From: the human T2T-CHM13v2.0 reference genome, Homo sapiens
Reading direction: 5' to 3' (one strand)
Assembly (NCBI RefSeq): GCF_009914755.1
Contig: NC_060932.1
Length of the DNA stretch: 64,000 nt
Positions 52,199 to 64,000 of this stretch are shown one piece after another (positions within the stretch are counted from its first letter, which is position 1; every line of letters begins with the position of its first letter). The notes below the pieces were generated by a model, which was not told where the DNA came from, made no database searches, and was given only the letters and a program-made list of their open reading frames with translations. Position numbers and translations under genes: made by a program.

Positions 52199-53745
52199 AA
52201 TAAGCTCAGATAAATTAAAAAAATAAACATTATTTAAAAAATTAATCAGAATATGTGCTTACACAAGATTTTATTTTCTTAATACTTTTAATGTGATAAG
52301 GGGATTTTCATGTATTTGCCTAAGGAGTTAAAGGCATTCCATCAAGAAAAAGTAAACTTACCATCAACTATGCTTCCTCTAAAAAATTTTACAAATTAAG
52401 TAAAATTTATTAGTGTTGGTAATTTACTAGATTTAACTCTATTTAAGTTACTCTGAATTGCTGTTTTTAGAATGTTCTGTTCTGAGAGATAGTAATCCAG
52501 AATACAATTCAACTTATTTCAATCGCTATATCAGCTCTATTTCAGCTGTTTTCAATTCATACTGAGAAAAAAAAAAAAAACAAGAATAATGGACTGAACT
52601 GAAGCATAAGTGATGTAGGTTAGATAGGGAGAAGAAGAAATTCCTGAAAATAGGATTTTAAAATCTTGGAATGTATTACAGAGGGAAGTTATGCAATCTC
52701 TCCTTGATTGAGCTGTTTAAAAATAACATATGTTTTATATCTTTCAGTCATGGGTCTAAGACTTTCTTTACCAAATACAGATGCTCTTGAATGTGCACCC
52801 AATAACTATAGAATTCTACAATTATAAATTTAGGTTTTGCATTCAAGAGAAATGAGTTTGCCCTGTTAGCTTCTACAGTTAACTCTTTTCATGTATTATT
52901 TAATAGAAATTACTGAGTTTGCAAGTTAACAAAATTTAAGGTGAAAATATTTTATTATTTCTGATATACTTTGAATAACCAATTTAATTTTTCAAAAGAA
53001 CCACTTAAGTGTTTGAATTACTAACATGGATTTTATAATTGATCATGGAGGAAACATACCTATTGTATCTTTTTCCTCAAATGCTGTTCACTTAAGAAAG
53101 AAAGTCTCTTTTGTGATTCTTCTGAACTATAAATGATATAAATAATCTACAGAATCCTATTTAACCATTACTTTAATACCCTAATTAGAATTTTAAATAA
53201 CTATAGTAAAAACAAATAATCAAGATATTTCCTCTGTTAAAAAGTATTTGTTTAAAAGATTGTCACCCTTTTGAGATTTAAAAATTTACAATAAAAATGG
53301 TGCTGGATGAGATGATCTCTAAAGTTCATTCAAGCTCCATGATTCTCTGATTATTTGAAAGTAGTGGCAGAGTCAATAATTTTATGGAGAGAATTGGGAA
53401 TTTTGAATCCTCTCCCTTTGTTGTTTCAAGAAATGCACTGCTTTATATTTGAAACTTAAAAGAATAGATGAGGCATACTTTGAAAGTAGAAATCATTAAT
53501 TTACTGTTCTGTTGACCAAATGAACACTATACACCTGAGTTTATCGTTTATGTAATTTAGAAACTATGGGATTTAATATTACCAAATCAAATCCCCCATT
53601 GTTAATTATTCAATGAGATACTTCTTTTTCCTCTAAGATTGTTGACATAATTAGAATTTTCTGAAAATGCACTACTTAATGATTAGCTCAAATGCCCTAG
53701 AAAGAATAATGAATTAAGCAATGTATTATTTAATAATGGAGAACT

Positions 53746-54051
53746 GGCTGGGTGCAGTGGCTCACACCTGTAATCCCAGCACTTTGGGAGGCCGAGACAG
53801 GCAGATCACCTGAGGTCAGGAGTTTAAGACCAGCTTGGCCAACATGGTGAAACCCCCATCTCTTCTAAAAATACAAAAATTTGCTGGGTGTGGTGGCGGG
53901 CACCTGTAATCCCAGCTACTCAGGAGGCTGAGAATTGCTAGAACCTGGGAGGCAGAGGTTGCAGTAAGCCGAGATTGTGCCACTGCACTCCAGCCTGGAC
54001 GTCAGAGTGAGACTCCATCTCAAAAATAAACAAATAAATAAATAATGATAA
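53746..54051 (+). mobile_element. AluS (Sx/Sz-like)
   Basis: gatcacctgaggtcaggag. TSD TAATAATGGAGAAC at 53731-53744 / 54052-54065. Confidence 0.92.
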
Positions 54052-54209
54052 TAATAATGGAGAACCTAAATAAATATAAAGATACATCTTTATATGATAA
54101 ATATGTAATAAATATAAAGATACATCATATATTTATACATATAAAGATACATTCTCTATACATCTTCATATTTATTTCCACATAAATGTGTACCTTTTTA
54201 AAAAATGTT

Positions 54210-56450
<2,241 letters not shown>

Positions 56451-56533
56451 TTAAGAAACACATCATTAGATTAAGCCTATACGGTTAAACTGTCATTTTT
56501 AAGACATGGTTGGGATAAAGAATAAACCAAATT

Positions 56534-56536
<3 letters not shown>

Positions 56537-56585
<49 letters not shown>
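56537..56585. repeat. (CA)n microsatellite
   Basis: Visible directly. Confidence 0.97.
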
Positions 56586-56589
<4 letters not shown>

Positions 56590-57789
56590 CACAAAGACAA
56601 ACTGTAGTTACCAGAGGATAATAAGGTAATAAGGTGCTGGTCATACCAATTGACTTCTTGGAATACCTATGAGGTTCATTTAATTTTCTTATAAGCTTCC
56701 AAATTATGAATTATTATGTTTCAAAGTTATTTATGAATGAAAGTTTTTACATTTCAGATATATATCTTTTAGGAAAGCAATGCTGTAGATAGAGCTATGC
56801 TAACGGCTCCACCCACAATAACTAATCACTTCAAATGTAGGCATAATTGCACTACTTGTACAAAAGACAAAGGTGTAGAGACTTTTTAAAATATGAAATG
56901 TATATTTTATGAGAAGAATGATAACTCAACAATGAAATAAATTCTGGTCATATTTGATGAGCAAGGCACTGTGAGAAAGATACAAAAAATAATAGGAACT
57001 ATGAGCCCCAGAAAAGGTGGTAAACAGTTCCTGCCCAGCCTTTTGTTTGTTTAGTGGCAGGACATGGTAGGATACTTACTGGGGAAAACCATGTGTGTAA
57101 GGAAAGGTATGATACACATTGCAGGAGAATGGTGCCATTTTATTTTCATTAAAATGATAGGTTTATTTTCTCACTGTATTTAAAGAGACTTTCCCATTGC
57201 TTTGTGAATTTCCTTTTCACTAGATTGTCCTCCTATCATTGCAGATGAGACAGCTTATTGGAGTTGAGAGAATGTATATTCATTGAGATCTGAGACCCTG
57301 ATATACTTAGTTTTTATCATGTTGCTCTTCAAAGAAACTTAAGGTTTGTTAGAACTGATCAGAAAACTGGAAGATACCTACATACATCAGAATTCAAATG
57401 GAACCTTAAACAATCACTAAACCTCTTTCTGGTAGCCCATATGCCAGCCAGGGATGGGGTAAACTATTACTTTTAGTAACTATTTGGCCAACTTCTATGG
57501 TTATGACAGCTGGACAGGGGCCTCCGATGAGGGTAGCACCTTCTTGTTTGACTGTGAGGGTTCCTAGAAAGACTTCTTGGGGAAAAAAATAAAAACAAAC
57601 AATGAGAAGGTGTTCTCTTATTTAGAGTACTATTTTAAATGTCAGCGTTCACGCATTAATTTCAACTAAGAGGTATAATACAGATTACTCAAGGACTTTT
57701 GAGAGGAGAAAAGATGCATGGAATTTACTGTTTCATGTGAATTTTTTAAACAGAATGCCATGTAGTGTTTAGGTGTTCTTAGAGTTAAT

Positions 57790-58900
<1,111 letters not shown>

Positions 58901-58964
58901 TAAATACATGTATTTTTTTCTGAGATGGAGTATTTTTTTTTACTATAAAACTATTTTATATACT

Positions 58965-59420
58965 ATCTTTTACACAACCTTTCAAGGTATGTCAACAACA
59001 TTTTGAGGGATAATTAGACTTAGTTATATTTTATATATTTTAAAAACTGAGATTTTCAAATAACTTAAGTGACTCACCATATAGCACATTATGCAAGAAC
59101 TCTGGCTTCTTGTCATTGCAGTCTCTGCTACAGCACACTGCGTCTCAGATTAATTCCATAGTCTAGAATATATGAGAGTAGCTCTCTGGATACAGCATAC
59201 AGAGGCAATAAAAGCACGGGCTCTGAAACCATGCTGCCTTAGTATGAAACCTGGCTACTTCACTTATTAGTTGTGAGATACTGGGTCAATTATTGAGCCC
59301 TTCAATCTTTAGTTTCTTTCGTTGCAAAAAGGAAAAATCATAACTTTCTCATTTAATTACTGTGAGCATAAAAGACACGTTACTTGTAACAAGCATTTGG
59401 TACACTATCTGTCATATAAT
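58965..59420. mobile_element. Two MIR fragments in opposite orientation
   Basis: aaactgag...taacttaagtgactcacc (minus); ggctctgaaacc...cacttattagttgtga...cttagtttct (plus). Confidence 0.6.
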
Positions 59421-60580
59421 AACTGGTCATTTATATTCCTGAGTGTCATGATAATAATCATTACATTTTAATAATTACTACTATATATTATATATTAACA
59501 TATCAATGTTATTAATGTTATTAATAGTATAATTATTACTATCATGGAAGCAACTTTACAAGGGAGATGGTGGCTAAATAGCTTCACAGGAGGTGAGATT
59601 AAGATGGGAACTCAATGGAGTCCCCGTGCAACATCAGGACATCAAATTTAGGAAACTGTGAGATAAGGCAGGAACTGCACAAGCAGATAGTACCTATTGT
59701 TTATATGTGCATTTGACCATCAAAGTACAATTTTTCACCCACATAGACAGGTTGTCAGTACCACTAAGGGAACACATACTGTCCTGTCATTGTCACAGAA
59801 AGTAGCAAATTATTACCTTGATGATAGTAACGGTGAGGTTAGAGAGCAGATGTGTGATGTGACACATCCAGTTCTTTTCAAGACAAAGCACTGAAATTCT
59901 TGCAAAGATGGGGTTTACATTTTTAGTTTGGTCAACATACTTTGGACTCCATAATGGACGATGAGTAATGGCATCTTGCCATAGCTATATTGTATCCAGC
60001 TTCACAATTTTCTTGTTTTAATTAATAGGTTTTATTTTTAACAGTTTTAGATTTACAGAAAACTTGAGCACACAGTACAAGCTTCCCATATACTGACCTC
60101 CTCCCAATAGTTTCCCTTATTATTAACATCTTGAATTAATGTGGTATATTTATTATAATTAAAGAACCAATACTGATACATTATTACTCTCTAAATGCCA
60201 TAGTTTACAATAGACTTACTCTTTTTGTTATATCCTTCTATGGGTTTTGATGTATAATGTAAAATATCTTCCATTACAATATCATGCAAAGTAGTTTCAC
60301 TGCACTAAAAATCCCCTTTGTGTCACTTTTTACCCTAGCCCATCCCTCCCACGCAATGATAACCACTGGTCTCTATTATTTCTATAGTTTGCCTTTTCCA
60401 GAAAGCCACATAACTGGAATTATACAGTAGGTAGTCTTCTCATATCGACTTCTTTCATTTAGCAATATGTTTTTAAGATTCCTCTGGATCTTTTTGTGGC
60501 TTGACAGCTCATTCCTTATTACTGCTAAAAAATGTTCCAGTGTGTGGATGTACCACAGTTTGTTTTTCCATTCACCTCTT

Positions 60581-61630
60581 TATTTATTTATTTTTTTATT
60601 ATACTTTAAGTTCTAGGGTACATGTGCACAATGTGAAGGTTTGTTACATATGTATACATGTGCCATGTTGGTGTGCTGCACCCATTAACTCGTCATTTAC
60701 ATTAGGTATATCTCCTAATGCTATCCCTCCCCTCTCACCTCACCCCATGACAGGCCCTGGTGTGTGATGTTCCCCACCCTGTGTCCAAGTGTTCTCATTG
60801 TTCAATTCCCACCTATGAGTGAGAACATGCGGTGTTTGGTTTTCTGTCCTTGTGATAGTTTGCTGAGAATGATGGTTCCTAGCTTCATCCATGTCCCTGC
60901 AAAGGACATGAACGCATCCTATTTTATGGCTGCATAGTATTCCATGGTGTGTATGTGCCACATTTTCTTAATTCAGTCTATCATTGATGGACATGTGGGT
61001 TGGTTCCAAGTCTTTGCTATTGTGAATAGTGCCACCATAAACATATGTGTGCATGTGTGTCTTTATAGCAGCATGATTTATAATCCTTTGGGTATATACC
61101 CAGTAATGGGATGGCTGGGTCAAATGGTATTTCCAGTTCTAGATCCTTGAGGAATCACCACACTGTCTTCCACAATGGTTGAACTAGTTTACGGTCCCAC
61201 CAACAGTGTAAAAGTGTTCCTATTTCTCCACATCCTCTCCAGCACCTGTTGTTTCCTGACTTTTTAATGATCGCCATTCTAACTGGTGTGAGATGGTATC
61301 TCATTGTGGTTTTGATTTGCATTTCTCTGATGGCCAGTGATGATGAGCATTTTTTCATGTGTCTGTTGGCTGCTCAATGAAATAAAAGAGGACACAAATG
61401 AATGGAAGAACATTCCATGCTCATGGATAGGAAGAATCAATATCATGAAAATGGCCATACTGCCCAAGATAATTTATAGATTCAATGCCATCCCCATCAA
61501 GCTACCAATGACTTTCTTCACAGAATTGGAAAAAACTACTTTAAAGTTCATATGGAACCAAAAAAGAGCCCGCATTGCCAAGATAATCCTAAGCCAAAAG
61601 AACAAAACTGGAGGCATCATGCTACCTGAC
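60581..61630 (-). mobile_element. L1PA5/6-like with 5' inversion (twin priming)
   Basis: Minus strand at 60581-61373, plus-strand ORF2 piece at 61370-61630. TSD TCCATTC(A/G)CCTCTT at 60567-60580 / 61631-61644. Confidence 0.93.
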
Positions 61631-62320
61631 TCCATTCGCCTCTTGAAGGGACATTTTATCTGCTTTCAGTTCTTGGCAATTATAAATAAAGTTGCTATTA
61701 GCATTCCTGTGCAGGTTATTGTGTAAACACAACTTTTCAATTGATTTGGGTAAATACCTAGGAGTCTGATTGTGGGTTTTATGGCAGCACTATGGTTAGC
61801 TTTGTAAGAAATTGCCAGATTGTCTTCCAAAGTGGCTGTATCATTTTGCATTCCCACCAGAAATAAATGAAAGTTTCTGTTTCTCCGTATTATTACTATC
61901 ATTTGGTATTGTCATATTTTGGGATTTTTGCCATTCTAATAGGTATGTAGTGGCATCTCATTGTTTTAATTGGCAATTACTTATTGTCTTATGTTAATTA
62001 GTATCTTTTCATATGTTTATTTGCCATCTGTGTATCTTCTTTGGAGATAATGTGTTCATATCTTTTGGCCAGTTTAGAAATTTTGTTGTTTGTTTTATCA
62101 TCACTGAGTTTTAGGAGTTCTTTGTCTATTTTGGATACAATTCCTTTATTATATATAGGATTTACAAATATTCCCTCCCAGCCTGTTTTTTTCATTCTCT
62201 CAATAGTATCTTTTTCCCAGTAGAAGTTTTAGCTTGGAATTAAGTCCAATTTATCATTTTTTTCTTTCATCAATTATGCTTTTGGTTATTTATTACTACT
62301 TTTGAGGGTTTTTCCATTTA

Positions 62321-63520
62321 TATTTTTAATTTCAATTTTAATTGACAACAATGTGTATTTATGAGGTGCAATGTTTAGAAACATTACTTGTGTACTTTGT
62401 ACACCTGTGAGTAACCAGATGTCTCCCTCATGAAAACAAGCTAAGCTCAATGAGCTGACTATTTTGAATCCTGATTTTGGACAGGGCCTTTTGGCCAAAG
62501 ACTTGAAGTGATTCTCTGTTGACCAGAAGCCTGTACTTGGGATCATAAAATAAACTTCATCTCTGTGCTGTGCCTCTTGGGGTGGAAGGGGCAGGATTAA
62601 GCAGCTTCTATTGCATTTCTGTTCCTAAATTTCATTGTGTTGATTTTTTTCCCTTCCCAGTCAATGATCTTAATTATTTTCAAAAATATATATTTTTAAA
62701 ATCTTTACAAATTACCTGCTTTGTTTTGGATTATTTTCTATGTCTAAACCTGCCCGGGCAGGTCTTTTCACTTGGAGGCGTGGAGGCCGGGGAGACTGAC
62801 CCAGCTCACACACAGCAAATGGGTGGTGGACCTAGAAGGCACACCTGCACCCCACAAGCCTGCGTTCCTAACCACCACTCTTTGCATGTTGTTGTTTTGA
62901 CTTTAGCTTCCGGCCTCAAGCCTCAGTTTCCTCCATAAAATAAAATAGTGTGAGTAAATCCAAGACAAAAAAATTATATCAAAAATTATACCAATCTAAT
63001 TAGCATATTTATCACCTCACATACTTTTTTTTTACTGAGAATATTAAAATGTACTCTCTTAGCAATTTTGAAATATGCAATACATAATTATTAGTTATTG
63101 TCCCCATGCTATGTACTAGATCTTGAAATTTATCCTTCCTTATTCCTATCTAACTGAAACTTGGCATTCTATTTCTTCATTTTTTGCTTCCCTTCCACCC
63201 CTAGCCACTGGCAACCACCATAATGTTCTCTACTTCTATAGGTTCCATTGTATTAAATTTCACATATAAGTAAGATTATATACTTATCTTTCTGTGCCTG
63301 GCTTATTTCACTTAGCAAAATGTCTTCCAGGTTCACATATGTTGTCACAAATGGCAAGTTTTCTTTATTAAAAACTAAATAGTATTCCATTATATATATA
63401 TATGTTTCTCAACTATTCATCTGTTGGTGGACATAGTTTGATTTCACATCTTGGCAATTGTGACTAATGATGCAAATAAACAGGGGAGTGCAGACATTTC
63501 TTCAACATACTGATTTCTAT
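62321..63520 (-). mobile_element. L1MA-type 3' end, split by a ~600-bp insert
   Basis: aattgacaacaatgtgtatttatgaggtgcaatg (62340-62375) resumes as ctaattagcatatttatcacctcacatac at ~62995. Confidence 0.75.
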
Positions 63521-63746
63521 GGTCTCCTAGACTTTCTCCTATGTTATCTCCTAAAAGTTTTATAATTTTGAATTTTGAATTTTTGTCTTTAATGTACTTT
63601 GGGTTAATTTTGGTGCAAAGTATAAGATCTGTAGTTAGATTCTTAATTTTTATATTTGATTTTAAATATGAATGGCTAGTTTTTCCAGCACTATTTGCTG
63701 GAAAGACTATCTTTTCTGCATTTAATTGCTTTTGTTCCTTGGTCAA

Positions 63747-64000
63747 TGATATGGTTTGGCTCAAATATCATTTTGAAGTTTAGTTCTGATAATCTGTATG
63801 TGTCATGAGAGGGACCCTGTGGGAGGCAATTGAATCATGGGGTCAGTTACCATCATGTTCTCATGATAGTGAGTGAATTTTCATGAGCTCTGATGGTTTT
63901 ATAAGGGGCTTTTCCCCCTTTGCTCAGCACTTCTTCTTCCTTCTTCCTGCCACCATGTGAAAAAGGACATAATTTGCTTTCCCTTTAGCTATGATTGTAA
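63747..64000 (+). mobile_element. THE1C/D-type LTR, truncated by the window edge
   Basis: TGATATGGTTTGGCT...aattgaatcatgggg...ctgatggttttataaggggcttttcccc. Confidence 0.88.

Larger units (their letters stand above)
60010..63746 (-). mobile_element. L1MC1/2-type element hosting nested insertions
   Basis: 3'UTR ttttagatttacagaaaacttgagc... at 60010-60566, resuming at 61645-62320 and 63520-63746. Confidence 0.75.

Overview
This is AT-rich primate (human or ape-like) genomic DNA, and most of it is interspersed repeats. I found no intact host protein-coding exon, RNA gene, CRISPR array or prokaryotic-type system. The long ORFs in the track are L1 ORF2 or ORF0 fragments, or by-products of tandem repeats. 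The left end holds the 5' part of a minus-strand HERV-H provirus (LTR7, intact His PBS, splice donor, 21-nt leader array), inserted in a MER4-type LTR. Next is a complete two-LTR MER50-type provirus (4461-14482, TSD ATAT). It has a triplicated PBS and compressed gag/pro/pol relics, and two rearranged L1PA elements have invaded it. The rest is Alu, L1PA/L1M, L2, MIR, MaLR and MER9 solo LTRs, with a few unique islands. The most unusual structures are: (1) a 2.6-kb L1 with an intact 5' end and open ORF0 but a ~3.5-kb internal deletion with a multi-template junction; (2) templated direct and inverted copies of nearby unique DNA inside an MLT2 AT-microsatellite; (3) a long inverted repeat about 1 kb apart in unique DNA; (4) a ~600-bp foreign, polyadenylated-looking insert inside an L1MA; (5) a candidate 21-nt microexon. 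All six L1PA copies lie on the minus strand, which suggests an intron of a plus-strand gene. Repeat family names come from recalled consensus sequences, not from a database search.
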